Shown here: in pieces, positions 45,602-55,235 of the stretch
How positions within the stretch are numbered: position 1 is the stretch's first letter
Layout: each line of letters begins with the position of its first letter
From: a bacterium
Lineage (GTDB): Bacteria; UBP6; UBA1177
Length of the DNA: 64,000 nucleotides
NCBI GenBank assembly: GCA_017963125.1
Contig: JAGCUA010000039.1
Coordinates: 13,190-77,189, forward strand
Direction of reading: 5' to 3'
Program-made: the position numbers and the translations under genes
The notes under the pieces: model-generated
Seen by the model: only the letters and a program-made list of their open reading frames with translations
The model's database searches: none
What the model was told of the DNA's origin: nothing

Positions 45602-46731
45602 TATTTTTTGAGCAGCATCGTTATGTATGCAAGATCTTTTTCTTCCGCGATATCAAGAGCGGTTTTGCCGTCTTTTCCCGCGATGTATTTGTCGGCACCT
45701 TTTTCGAGAAGGTCTTTGACGACATCCCCGAGTCCCATGTGGACTGCGTAGATCAGCGCCGTTTTTCCTGCATCGTCTGTGATGTTGAAATCCTGACGGA
45801 ATTTAGCTATCGAGCGGATGAAACGCCTGTCTTTCGTGAAAATCGCGATCATGAGAGCCGTTCTTCCTTTTGCATATTTGAAGTTGAAGTCGCCGAGAGC
45901 GCCGTTTTTGAGGAGCTCTTCAGCTAATTTTATCTTGTTCGATGCTATGCAGTACATCAGGATCGTGTAGCCTTTGCTGTTTTTGAAGTTGACGTCGGCG
46001 TTGTTTTCAAGCAGGAGTTTGAGCATCGACTTGTCGTTGTTTCTTATCGCGACGAAAAGCGGAGGTTCGCCCGATTCGTTCTTGAGGTTGGGGTCGATCC
46101 CTTTTTTGAGGAGCGAGCGCGCTTTCGAAACATTTCCGGTTTCGACTGCGATTATGAAGTCGTGCGGCTGCGTTTCGTAAGCGCCGAGCATTTTGATTAT
46201 CTGCTTGTTTCTGCCGGCCATTGCGTAGTTGAGGGCGTTCATTCCTTTGCTGTCGGCATCGAGCGGGTTGGCTTTCGCTTTCAAAGCCTTGTTGACGAGT
46301 TCGAGGTTGCCCGCTTCCGCAGCGTACATGAGGACGTTCTTGCCTGTTTTGTCCTTAGCTGTGAGAGATGCTCTGTAGTTTAGCAGAAGATTTGTGACTT
46401 TTTTGTTTTTTGAAGAGATCGCGTGCATGAGTGCCGTTTTTCCGTCAGGTCCGGCGATGTTGATTTTGACGCCGTTCCTCAAAAAAACATCGATCAGATT
46501 GATGTTTCCGCCGCTTACCGCAGTGATGAAGTAAGGCCACTCGTCATCGTCGAAACCGTTCACGTTGGCACCCGCTTTGACGGCGTTGCGCGCCTTTTCT
46601 ACATTCATCGCCTGAACCGCGAAAAACAGTTTGTTGTCAGCCTGTTGATCGGCAAAAAGAGCCGTCCCGAAAGCAAAAAGAATGAAAAATGAAAGAAAAA
46701 ATCTTTTCACAGCAAGACCCCGCAAGAACAT
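45601..46731 (-). CDS. Secreted ankyrin-repeat protein (about 10 repeats)
   Basis: Signal-like N-terminus FFLSFFILFAFGTALFA. Repeated G.T.L(M/I)YA...G....V..LL..GA motifs. Confidence 0.8.
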   Translation of the reverse strand: MFLRGLAVKRFFLSFFILFAFGTALFADQQADNKLFFAVQAMNVEKARNAVKAGANVNGFDDDEWPYFITAVSGGNINLIDVFLRNGVKINIAGPDGKTALMHAISSKNKKVTNLLLNYRASLTAKDKTGKNVLMYAAEAGNLELVNKALKAKANPLDADSKGMNALNYAMAGRNKQIIKMLGAYETQPHDFIIAVETGNVSKARSLLKKGIDPNLKNESGEPPLFVAIRNNDKSMLKLLLENNADVNFKNSKGYTILMYCIASNKIKLAEELLKNGALGDFNFKYAKGRTALMIAIFTKDRRFIRSIAKFRQDFNITDDAGKTALIYAVHMGLGDVVKDLLEKGADKYIAGKDGKTALDIAEEKDLAYITMLLKK

Positions 46732-46803
46732 TCAAACAGCAACGGCGGAGTATATGAAAAACTGAATTTCACGCAAATTTATTGTGAGAATGCGTGTGCG
46801 GTA

Positions 46804-47745
46804 TTACCATTCATCTTCGGAAGGACATTGAAGATCGATCCTTTCGGTACAGGTCCATTTCGAGCCGTATTCTTCGTCTTCTTCACAGAAACACCATTCG
46901 AATTCATCTCCGTTGGGGCAGTCCCAATACCTTATTTCAAGCAATCCGTCCGGATCGCATTCATCATAACAGCCAAGGTTGCCGTAAGGAATCCAGCCTT
47001 CTTCCGAACATATCAAAATACCGCATCCGTCAGGAATCAGATCTTCTTCTTTGTATATTCTCCCTTCACTGTCTTCGCACTGCGCGAGAATTTTGTCATC
47101 CTCGGGTTCGACAGTGGCAGGATCAACGATTTCCATGTCGATAATGACCCCTCTGCTGATTTCTCTGCCGTCTTCCGTTGTTTCGTGCCAGTAGAATGAA
47201 GAAATTCTTCCTCCTTGGTAGTTGATATCACTTGAAAAACTTGTCTTGCCGTCAGCACTTTGAGATGCCCACACAAGATCTCCCCACGAGTATTGGTAGA
47301 CAACAGTATTGAACAGGTCATTGTCGGTCGAAAAATAGATGTCAGGACATGGAGTCATGCAATCGGTATGTTCATTGTCGCCGTCGTAATAGATATTGCA
47401 TCCTGAAAGTTGCAGAATTTTGATTTTTTCAGGAATGATATCGGGGCATTTTACCCGCTTGTTATTGTCGAATTCATCTTTGTCGTAGATATCGTAACAC
47501 TTTTTTTTGTTGAAGACGAGCTCGTATTTCTGCAACTCGGCAACCATATTTGTGATATCCTCTTTGCTTGAATCCTGAAAACAGGTCGCGCCGGCGAGTT
47601 TTTTTATGCAGGTGTTGGCGGCATCCTTAGTGAATGAGTTTGTGCCGTAGGACTTTGTGACAGTGCACGAACCGTTGCCGCAGCCGGCAGCCGAAAAAGC
47701 GAGCAAAACCAAAAAAAGCGGTAGTAAAAACAACTTCTTGAACAT
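46804..47745 (-). CDS. Cys-rich acidic lipoprotein, hypothetical
   Basis: MFKKLFLLPLFLVLLAFSAAGCGNG signal plus lipobox from the ATG at 47745. More than 20 Cys. The upstream part of ORF 46804..47838 lacks coding character. Confidence 0.55.
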   Translation of the reverse strand: MFKKLFLLPLFLVLLAFSAAGCGNGSCTVTKSYGTNSFTKDAANTCIKKLAGATCFQDSSKEDITNMVAELQKYELVFNKKKCYDIYDKDEFDNNKRVKCPDIIPEKIKILQLSGCNIYYDGDNEHTDCMTPCPDIYFSTDNDLFNTVVYQYSWGDLVWASQSADGKTSFSSDINYQGGRISSFYWHETTEDGREISRGVIIDMEIVDPATVEPEDDKILAQCEDSEGRIYKEEDLIPDGCGILICSEEGWIPYGNLGCYDECDPDGLLEIRYWDCPNGDEFEWCFCEEDEEYGSKWTCTERIDLQCPSEDEW

Positions 47746-47904
47746 GTCTGCCTCCAAAAAACAAAAAATTAACAAAAAATAATACGCTTTTTTGTAGATT
47801 CTGCAAGAGGAAATTTTTCGTCTCAGATAACCTTGCAATTTAAAAATATATATGTATTTTCCCCGCGTTTAGGTTTTTTAGGAATTCGAATCCAGGAGAA
47901 AGCT

Positions 47905-48309
47905 ATGAGCAGAAAAATCAATCACATCGGTATCGCAGTCAACAGCATTGACGCGTTCGTAAACCTTTACCGCGATGTTCTCGGCCTTGAGTATGCAGGC
48001 GAGGAGATCGTTGAAGACCAGAAGGTCAAAGTCGCTTTTTTCAACATCGGTGAGAGCAGGATCGAGCTTCTTGAGCCGACATCTCCCGAAAGTTCAGTCG
48101 CAAAATTCCTTGAGAAGAAAGGCGAAGGTCTCCACCACCTTGCAATCAGCAGCGACGACGTCGAGGCAGACATTGCGCAGACCAAGGAAAAGGGACTCAG
48201 AATGATCGACGAAGTTCCGCGCGGCGGAGCTCACCATACGAAAATCGCTTTCGTTCATCCGAAAGAGACGAAAGTTCTTATTGAATACACCGAAGAAACT
48301 CATCATTAG
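47905..48309 (+). CDS. Methylmalonyl-CoA epimerase (VOC/glyoxalase fold)
   Basis: INHIGIAV, IELLEP, GEGLHHLA and FVHPK motifs. GGAG RBS before the ATG at 47905. Sits directly upstream of mmdA. Confidence 0.85.
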   Translation: MSRKINHIGIAVNSIDAFVNLYRDVLGLEYAGEEIVEDQKVKVAFFNIGESRIELLEPTSPESSVAKFLEKKGEGLHHLAISSDDVEADIAQTKEKGLRMIDEVPRGGAHHTKIAFVHPKETKVLIEYTEETHH

Positions 48310-48340
48310 TTCATAGATTGTGATTTTTTAGGAGGAAAGA

Positions 48341-49876
48341 ATGGCAACAATCGAAGAAAAACTGGCTGCTCTCAGAGCCAAAAAAGAGAAGGGAAAGCTC
48401 GGCGGCGGCGAAAAGAGGATCGAAGCTCAGCATGCGAAAGGCAAGCTCACGGCACGCGAAAGGATCGCTAAACTTCTTGACGGCGGCAGCTTCGAGGAAA
48501 TCGACGCTCTCCGCTGCGCAAACGGCGCGAATGCGGCTATCGGCGACGGCGTAGTTACCGGTTACGGCACGATCGACGGAAGAAAAGTTTTCGTTTTCGC
48601 ACAGGATTTTACAGTTGCAGGCGGCTCGCTCGGCAAAATCGTCGGCGAAAAGATCTGCAAAGTTCTCGACCTTGCAATGAAAGTCGGAGCTCCTGTTGTC
48701 GGTCTCAACGATTCCGGCGGCGCAAACATTCCTGAAGGCGTTCATGCCCTTGACGGTTACGGCGAGATCTTCAAGAGAAACACTCTTGCAAGCGGCGTTA
48801 TCCCGCAGATCTCGGCTGTTTATGGTCCGTGCGCAGGCGGCGCTGTTTACTCTCCGGCACTTACCGACTTCGTTTTCATGACAGATACGAATTCATACAT
48901 GTTCCTTACCGGTCCGAAAGTCGTAAAGACCGTAACCCACGAAGATGTTTCGGTCGAAGACCTTGGCGGCGCGGCAGTTCACATGACAAAATCGGGTGTC
49001 GCACACTTCTCGCACGCTACGGAAGAAGAGAGCATCGCTGCTATCAGACAGCTTTTGTCATACCTTCCGTCGAACAACGCTGAAGAGCCCCCGATGGTAG
49101 AGCCGACAGATCCTTTCGACAGAATGGAAGAAGCTCTCAACCAGATCATCCCAGAGAACCCGAACAAAGGATACGACATGAAGCAGGTCATCGCTATGGT
49201 CGTCGACAACAGCGAGTTTTTCGAAGTTATGCCGCAGTATGCGACCAACATGATCGTCGGTTTCGCAAGACTCAACGGCAGAACAGTCGGTATCGTCGGC
49301 AACCAGCCGAACGTTCTTGCAGGATGCCTTGACATCAACGCTTCCGACAAAGCTGCAAGATTCGTAAGATTCTGCGATGCTTTCAATGTTCCGATAATCA
49401 CTTTCGTCGACACTCCGGGATTCCTTCCGGGCACAGGCCAGGAATACGGCGGCGTTATCAGACACGGCGCAAAGATGCTTTTCGCATACAGCGAAGCGAC
49501 AGTTCCGAAGATCACGGTCGTTACCAGAAAATCGACGGGCGGCGCTTACCTCGCTATGGCGTCGAAAAACCTCAGATGCGATATGAACTACGCTTGGCCG
49601 ACTGCTCAGATCGCAGTCATGGGCGCAAAGGGCGCAGTAGAAATCATTATGAGAAAAGAACTCGAAGCAGCTGAAGACAAGGCGAAATTCCTCGCTGAGC
49701 AGGAAGAGCTTTACAACGAAAACGTTGCAAATCCTTACATCGCTGCACAGCACGGATACATTGACGACATTTTCGAGCCGAAGACGACAAGACCGCGTCT
49801 TATCAAGGCTCTCGAAATGCTCATCACGAAGAACGACGACCTTCCGGCTAAGAAACACGGCAACATTCCGCTGTAG
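48341..49876 (+). CDS. mmdA: Methylmalonyl-CoA decarboxylase alpha subunit (carboxyltransferase)
   Basis: Carboxyl-transferase family: [53 protein letters not shown]. Confidence 0.9.
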   Translation: MATIEEKLAALRAKKEKGKLGGGEKRIEAQHAKGKLTARERIAKLLDGGSFEEIDALRCANGANAAIGDGVVTGYGTIDGRKVFVFAQDFTVAGGSLGKIVGEKICKVLDLAMKVGAPVVGLNDSGGANIPEGVHALDGYGEIFKRNTLASGVIPQISAVYGPCAGGAVYSPALTDFVFMTDTNSYMFLTGPKVVKTVTHEDVSVEDLGGAAVHMTKSGVAHFSHATEEESIAAIRQLLSYLPSNNAEEPPMVEPTDPFDRMEEALNQIIPENPNKGYDMKQVIAMVVDNSEFFEVMPQYATNMIVGFARLNGRTVGIVGNQPNVLAGCLDINASDKAARFVRFCDAFNVPIITFVDTPGFLPGTGQEYGGVIRHGAKMLFAYSEATVPKITVVTRKSTGGAYLAMASKNLRCDMNYAWPTAQIAVMGAKGAVEIIMRKELEAAEDKAKFLAEQEELYNENVANPYIAAQHGYIDDIFEPKTTRPRLIKALEMLITKNDDLPAKKHGNIPL

Positions 49877-49884
49877 GAGGAACG

Positions 49885-50316
49885 ATGATTCAGCATATAA
49901 GTTTAATTCAGTCCGCGGTCGCTGCTTTTTCGGCTGACCTGACGAAGTCCGACTGGGCTGTAATCAAAGCCCTTCCGTTTATCGGGATCGGAGTCGTTCT
50001 CAGCGGTCTGGCGATACTCGCGATAGTTCTTTCGCAGTTCTACCGCCTTGCAGGAAAGGACGCGAAACCGGCTCCTGTTGCAGCTCCGGCACCCGCACCT
50101 GCAGCTCCCGAGAAAAAGGAAGAAGCACCTGTAACGGAAGAGAGCGAGCTTGAGCAGATCGCAGCTATGATCGGCCTTTCGATCTACATGACCGAAAGCT
50201 CTGATAAAGTTTATCTGACCGAGACGAAGCAGTATTACAACAACAATCCGTGGACAAGCGAAAGTTTGGCAAAACAGTCCCGCCGTTTCAAAAGATGGCA
50301 GGCAGTAAAAAAATAG
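49885..50316 (+). CDS. Decarboxylase small membrane subunit (OadG/MmdD-like) with Ala/Pro linker
   Basis: Single TM LPFIGIGVVLSGLAILAIVLS followed by APVAAPAPAPAAPEKK. Sits between the alpha and biotin-carrier genes. Confidence 0.55.
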   Translation: MIQHISLIQSAVAAFSADLTKSDWAVIKALPFIGIGVVLSGLAILAIVLSQFYRLAGKDAKPAPVAAPAPAPAAPEKKEEAPVTEESELEQIAAMIGLSIYMTESSDKVYLTETKQYYNNNPWTSESLAKQSRRFKRWQAVKK

Positions 50317-50328
50317 TGAGGAGACGAG

Positions 50329-50781
50329 ATGAAAAAGTATGAACTTACGATAAAAGGAAAAAAATTCGATGTCGAAGTCAAAGATTTCGGCGGCGCGACT
50401 GCTAAAGTCGCTGTAAACGGCAACGAATACGATGTCGACATTACTTACAAAGGCGGAGAACCTGTTGCGTTCACCCCGGCTGCACCGAGACCTGCTGCTG
50501 CAAGACCCGCTGCCGCTGCTGCACCTGTTGCCGCTGCTCCGGCTGCTGCACCTGCAGGCGATGTAAGCGGAAACAACGTTGTCGCTCCGATGCCCGGACT
50601 TATCATGAAAGTCCTCGTTAAAGTCGGCGACACCGTAACCGCAGGACAGAAAGTCATGACTATGGAAGCTATGAAGATGGAAAACGACATCAACTCCGGA
50701 ACTGCGGGAACAGTCAAAGCCGTTCTCGTCAAGGAAGGCGACAATGTCAAGGAACACCAGCCGCTTGTAACAATTGGTTAA
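50329..50781 (+). CDS. mmdC: Biotin carboxyl carrier subunit
   Basis: Ala/Pro linker and C-terminal biotinyl domain with the EAMKMEN biotinylation motif. Confidence 0.85.
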   Translation: MKKYELTIKGKKFDVEVKDFGGATAKVAVNGNEYDVDITYKGGEPVAFTPAAPRPAAARPAAAAAPVAAAPAAAPAGDVSGNNVVAPMPGLIMKVLVKVGDTVTAGQKVMTMEAMKMENDINSGTAGTVKAVLVKEGDNVKEHQPLVTIG

Positions 50782-50790
50782 GAGGCGAAA

Positions 50791-52683
50791 ATGAAGAAAT
50801 ATACAACTTTAATTCTCGCTCTTTTACTGAGCTTCCTTCTTTTTGCTCAGGAAGAGCCCAAGCCTGAAGAGGCGGCAGTTCAGCAGGCTGGACAGGAACC
50901 TCAGGCTCAGGAAGAGCCTCAGGCGCCGGCGGCGAGAGCGCTGCCGATGCGCAATTTTGCGAAGCATCACAAAAAAGGCAGTGCCAACTCTGTTTTTACC
51001 GGAAGCAAGGAGAATGAATCCCTTGTAAAACTCGAGATCGAATACAAACTTCTCGACAACACTCCGCAGAAAAAGATCGAATACGCTGCTATCGTTTCGA
51101 ACAATGTCGTAGAGGGAACTCCGGAATACAAAACGATCGCTGAGCACCATGACGAAAGCACGATCGGCAACTACCTCATGATCACAGGTCTCGAGGCGGT
51201 CCTTCCGAACCAGAAGGAACAGAAGGATTCCAAACTTGCGGTCGTCGATCTTGATTCGTTCGATCCTGCAAAACAGGACTACAAAATCACGGCGATTTTC
51301 CCGAACGGTGAAAGAAAGGAATACAAACATTCAGACCTTCTTCTTGCCGACAACGGTGTCGCTTTCATCAACTTCAAGGAAGATCCGGAACTTTTCCCGG
51401 TTATGCTGAACGGCGAATCGGCGCGCGACGTAACACTCAATCGCACGCTCTACATCAAAAACTTCGGCAAAACCTATGAAGTTACCCCGCTTTTCATCAA
51501 TTTCTCGCTCCGTTCATCCGGAACGATGGAATATTACCTTCAGAAGAACAGAAGTTTCATTGCCCGTTTCTTCAACACCACGGCTGTCGCTCACATCACG
51601 ATAGGAAACCTGATAATGATGCTCGTTGCGTTCATTTTCATTTTCCTCGCGATCGCGAAAGACTATGAGCCGCTTCTTCTTCTCCCGATCGGTTTCGGTA
51701 TCCTCATCGGAAACATACCGACCGCGGCAGGTGTTCAGATCGGTGTCTACGATCCGGGCTCAGTTCTCAATTACCTCTACTTCGGAGTTCTGAAAGGTAT
51801 CTATCCTCCGCTTATCTTCATGGGTATCGGCGCAATGACCGACTTCTCCTACATGATCGCCAACCCGAAACTCATCCTTATCGGCGGCGGTGCTCAGGTA
51901 GGTATTTTCGCGGCATTCCTTATCGCTATCCTTCTTGGATTCAACCTTCAGGAAGCTGCTTCGATCGGTATCATCGGCGGTGCTGACGGCCCGACGGCTA
52001 TTTTCACGACAGGTCTCATGGCTCCGCACCTTTTGGGCGCAGTTGCAATCGCGGCTTACTCGTATATGGCTCTCGTTCCGGTTATCCAGCCCCCGATCGT
52101 AAAACTTCTCACGACCAAAAAGGAAAGACTCATCCGCATGAAACCGCCGCGCGTAGTTTCAAAGCGTGAAAGAATCGTATTCCCGATAGTTGCGTTCATC
52201 GTCTGCACATTCATCGCTCCCGGCGGACTTCCTCTTATCGGTATGCTCCTTCTCGGCAACATCATCAAGGAATCGGGCGTAACCGACAGACTTTCGAAGA
52301 CTGCAAGCAACGCACTTATCGATATCGTAACAGTTCTTATCGGTATCACGGTCGGTGCTTCAACAAGTGCTCAGACCTTCCTTACAGCCGCTTCGATCAA
52401 AATTTTCGCTCTCGGCGCACTTTCCTTCATGATCTCCACTGCCGGCGGCGTTCTGATCGCGAAACTCATCAACTGCTTCCTCAAACCGGGCAACAAACTC
52501 AACCCGATCATCGGATGCGCTGGTGTTTCCGCGGTTCCCGACAGTGCTCGTGTTGCACAGAATATCGGTAAACAGGCTGATCCGACGAACTACCTTCTTA
52601 TGCACGCAATGGCTCCGAACGTAGCAGGCGTTATCGGTTCCGCAATCGCTGCAGGTATATTGCTCGGCATCATCCCGCACTAA
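50791..52683 (+). CDS. mmdB: Na+-translocating decarboxylase beta subunit fused to a 245-aa N-terminal domain with signal/anchor sequence
   Basis: From residue ~246: NLIMMLVAFIFIFLAIAKDYEPLLLLPIGFGILIGNIP and GGADGPTAIF, typical of OadB/MmdB. Residues 1-245 are in the same frame with no stop. Confidence 0.85.
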   Translation: MKKYTTLILALLLSFLLFAQEEPKPEEAAVQQAGQEPQAQEEPQAPAARALPMRNFAKHHKKGSANSVFTGSKENESLVKLEIEYKLLDNTPQKKIEYAAIVSNNVVEGTPEYKTIAEHHDESTIGNYLMITGLEAVLPNQKEQKDSKLAVVDLDSFDPAKQDYKITAIFPNGERKEYKHSDLLLADNGVAFINFKEDPELFPVMLNGESARDVTLNRTLYIKNFGKTYEVTPLFINFSLRSSGTMEYYLQKNRSFIARFFNTTAVAHITIGNLIMMLVAFIFIFLAIAKDYEPLLLLPIGFGILIGNIPTAAGVQIGVYDPGSVLNYLYFGVLKGIYPPLIFMGIGAMTDFSYMIANPKLILIGGGAQVGIFAAFLIAILLGFNLQEAASIGIIGGADGPTAIFTTGLMAPHLLGAVAIAAYSYMALVPVIQPPIVKLLTTKKERLIRMKPPRVVSKRERIVFPIVAFIVCTFIAPGGLPLIGMLLLGNIIKESGVTDRLSKTASNALIDIVTVLIGITVGASTSAQTFLTAASIKIFALGALSFMISTAGGVLIAKLINCFLKPGNKLNPIIGCAGVSAVPDSARVAQNIGKQADPTNYLLMHAMAPNVAGVIGSAIAAGILLGIIPH

Positions 52684-52737
52684 GCGGTATTTGAGCTTTT
52701 TGTGATTTTACGGCTCCCTTCGGGGAGCCTTTTTTAT
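52681..52737 (+). repeat. Left copy of the 57-60-nt direct repeat (stop codon plus terminator of mmdB)
   Basis: TAAGCGGTATTTGAGCTTTTTGTGATTTTACGGCTCCCTTCGGGGAGCCTTTTTTAT. It matches 59710-59769 with 2 substitutions, 1 extra G and a T-run length difference. Confidence 0.9.
52712..52735 (+). terminator. Rho-independent terminator (UUCG tetraloop)
   Basis: GGCTCCC-TTCG-GGGAGCC followed by T6. Confidence 0.85.
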
Positions 52738-52814
52738 TTTTAAATAAATTTTTTCGCAGTTTTTTAATCTGTTAGTTTAATCAGTGTTCAAAAATATATA
52801 ATAAAATCAAATAG

Positions 52815-52842
52815 TTGACACTGTGAAAGCTATAAATATCAT
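52815..52842 (+). promoter_or_regulatory. Sigma70-type promoter candidate for hsdRMS
   Basis: TTGACA, 16-nt spacer, TATCAT. About 40 nt upstream of the ATG at 52882. Confidence 0.35.
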
Positions 52843-52881
52843 CATTGAGAAAATTTTGGGCGGTCAAATTAAGAGGATTTC

Positions 52882-55233
52882 ATGCTGTTAGACAAAAAAC
52901 AGATGTCGGAAGAAGATATCAAGCGCAACTTTATTACTCCGGCACTTCACATTAAAGGCTGGCATGACAAAATTACAATGGAAACAGCGATTACAGATGG
53001 TAGAATCCTTCTCGGCAGCAAAGGCAAGATGGCTGTTCGTGGTAAGCCTAAATTCGCTGACTATCTTCTTTACCTGAGTGCAAACAACCCGATTGCAGTA
53101 GTCGAAGCAAAGGATAATACTTACACTGTTTCTTTCGGTATGCAGCAGGCTATGGAATACGCCAAAATGCTTGATCTTCCGTTTGCATACAGTTCCAATG
53201 GAGACGGCTTTGTTGAGCATGATTTTCTTACCGGAGAGGAACGCGAATTCGGGCTTGATCAGTTTCCGACGGCTGATGAGTTGATTGCAAGATATAAATC
53301 CGAGCAGAACAACGGAACAGGACTTACAACGAATCAGGAAAAAATTATCGAGCAGCCCTATTACAGCAGTCAGAACACATATCCGCCGCGTTATTATCAG
53401 CGTATTGCCATCAATAGAACTTTGGACGCCATCGCAAAAGGTCAGGACCGGCTGCTTCTCGTTATGGCTACGGGAACAGGCAAAACTTATGTCGCGTTTC
53501 AAATAGTTTACCGCCTTTTGAAAAGCGGAATGAAAAGCAAAATTCTTTATCTTGCAGACCGCAATATTCTGGTGGATCAGTCAATTCAGCAGGATTTTGC
53601 CCCGCTGAACCAAGTTATTCATAAAATCAATGTCGCAAAAGACGACAAAACCACGATCACTTCTCACGAAGTCTATTTTTCATTGTATCAGCAGCTCGTT
53701 GGCGATGACGATCAGGAACACTTTTCGGAACTTTTTCAGCCGGATTTCTTTGATCTTGTTATTGTCGATGAGTGTCACAGGGGATCAGCGAAAGAAGAAA
53801 GCCGCTGGCGCAGAATTTTGGAGTATTTCAGTTCCGCCACACAGATCGGTATGACGGCCACGCCCAAAGAAACAAAGTATGTTTCGAACATCGATTATTT
53901 CGGCGAACCGGTTTACACTTACAGCCTGAATAAAGGAATCGACGACGGTTTTCTTGCGCCGTTTAAGGTGGTAAATATCAAAACAAACATCGGTGACGGC
54001 TGGCGGCCTGCGCCCGGGCAGCTTGATAAATTCGGGAATCCGATCGAAGACCGGGTATATAACAACAGAGATTATGATTACAACATTGTTATTGAAGACC
54101 GCATTCAGCAAGTGGCTTCGGAAATCACGAATTATCTGAAATTTACAGACCGCATGGCAAAAACCATAGTCTTCTGTGCTACTGAAGAAGCCGCAGAACG
54201 GATGCGTGTCGCATTGATCAATCTGAACTCAGATATGGTGAAAAAGAATCCGGATTACATTGTCAGGATCACCGGAAGCGATGATTACGGAAAAAGCAAA
54301 CTCGATTATTTTATTTCCGTTTCTTCGAAATATCCTGTTATAGCCACGACATCAAAACTGCTTTCCACTGGCGTTGACTGCAAAATGACAAAGTTGATCG
54401 TTTTGGATCAGATAATCGGTTCAATGACAGAGTTCAAGCAGATTATAGGCCGGGGAACACGTTTAAGAGAAAAAGACGGCAAACTCAGTTTTGCAATTAT
54501 GGATTTCCGCAATGTCACAAACTTATTTTCTGATCCTGATTGGGACGGTCCTATTGTAATTGATCCCGATTATCCGCCTGTAAAAAAGCCGGAACCCAAT
54601 GATCCTAGTCTTCCGCCGGTTGATTTTCCGGAACCTCCGGTTTCAGAGCCTAAAATCAAACCGATTGTTGATAAATCGGGCTGCCGTGTTGAGATAATTC
54701 AAAAAACTGTATCTGTTTATGATCCGCACGGTATTTTGCTCAGGCAGGAAAGTATCACCGACTACACAAAAAAGAACATTGTCGGAGAGTATGCGTCTCT
54801 TGATAATTTCATCCGCGAATGGCGTAAAGATCCTGAAAAAAGAACAATTATAAACATGCTTTCAGAACGCGGCATCAATATTGAACAGATGAAGGCCGAA
54901 AACGGCATGTCTGATGTCGATGATTTCGATTTTATATGCCATGTGGCTTATGACAAGAAGCCTCTTACACGCAGAGAAAGGGCTAACAATGTGAAAAAAC
55001 GCGATTTTCTCAGCAGATACAACGGTGTTGCCCGCGAAATTCTTGAAGCACTGCTTGACAAGTATATGAATGACGGCATTTCCGATATCTGCAACACGGA
55101 AATTTTGAAACTCGAGCCTTTCTTAAAATACGGTAAACCCTCCAGAATTTCTGAATTTTTCGGCGGTAGAGAAGGGTATCTGGAAGCGGTCAAGAAACTG
55201 GAAGAAGAAATCTATATGGATGAGGTGATTTAA
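52882..55233 (+). CDS. hsdR: Type I restriction enzyme R subunit (type IB / EcoEI-EcoAI-like)
   Basis: N-terminal nuclease core ADYLLY...AVVEAKD. Helicase motifs LLVMATGTGKT, VIVDECHRG, MTATP and QIIGRGTR. The C-terminal DNFIREW...LEPF...G tail resembles the EcoEI R C-terminal domain. Confidence 0.9.
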   Translation: MLLDKKQMSEEDIKRNFITPALHIKGWHDKITMETAITDGRILLGSKGKMAVRGKPKFADYLLYLSANNPIAVVEAKDNTYTVSFGMQQAMEYAKMLDLPFAYSSNGDGFVEHDFLTGEEREFGLDQFPTADELIARYKSEQNNGTGLTTNQEKIIEQPYYSSQNTYPPRYYQRIAINRTLDAIAKGQDRLLLVMATGTGKTYVAFQIVYRLLKSGMKSKILYLADRNILVDQSIQQDFAPLNQVIHKINVAKDDKTTITSHEVYFSLYQQLVGDDDQEHFSELFQPDFFDLVIVDECHRGSAKEESRWRRILEYFSSATQIGMTATPKETKYVSNIDYFGEPVYTYSLNKGIDDGFLAPFKVVNIKTNIGDGWRPAPGQLDKFGNPIEDRVYNNRDYDYNIVIEDRIQQVASEITNYLKFTDRMAKTIVFCATEEAAERMRVALINLNSDMVKKNPDYIVRITGSDDYGKSKLDYFISVSSKYPVIATTSKLLSTGVDCKMTKLIVLDQIIGSMTEFKQIIGRGTRLREKDGKLSFAIMDFRNVTNLFSDPDWDGPIVIDPDYPPVKKPEPNDPSLPPVDFPEPPVSEPKIKPIVDKSGCRVEIIQKTVSVYDPHGILLRQESITDYTKKNIVGEYASLDNFIREWRKDPEKRTIINMLSERGINIEQMKAENGMSDVDDFDFICHVAYDKKPLTRRERANNVKKRDFLSRYNGVAREILEALLDKYMNDGISDICNTEILKLEPFLKYGKPSRISEFFGGREGYLEAVKKLEEEIYMDEVI

Positions 55234-55235
55234 AT

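Noticed and set aside
47881-47900. GGAATTCGAATCC, which resembles a tRNA T-arm/T-loop.
   Set aside because: No acceptor stem, D-arm or anticodon arm can be drawn around it. It lies in the 5' leader of the epimerase gene and includes its RBS region.
52738-52881. Search for an integrase/transposase remnant or tRNA at the island borders, including 59770..59927.
   Set aside because: Only short AT-rich non-coding DNA with promoter-like boxes is present. There is no ORF and no recombinase motif, so the mobility mechanism remains unexplained rather than annotated.
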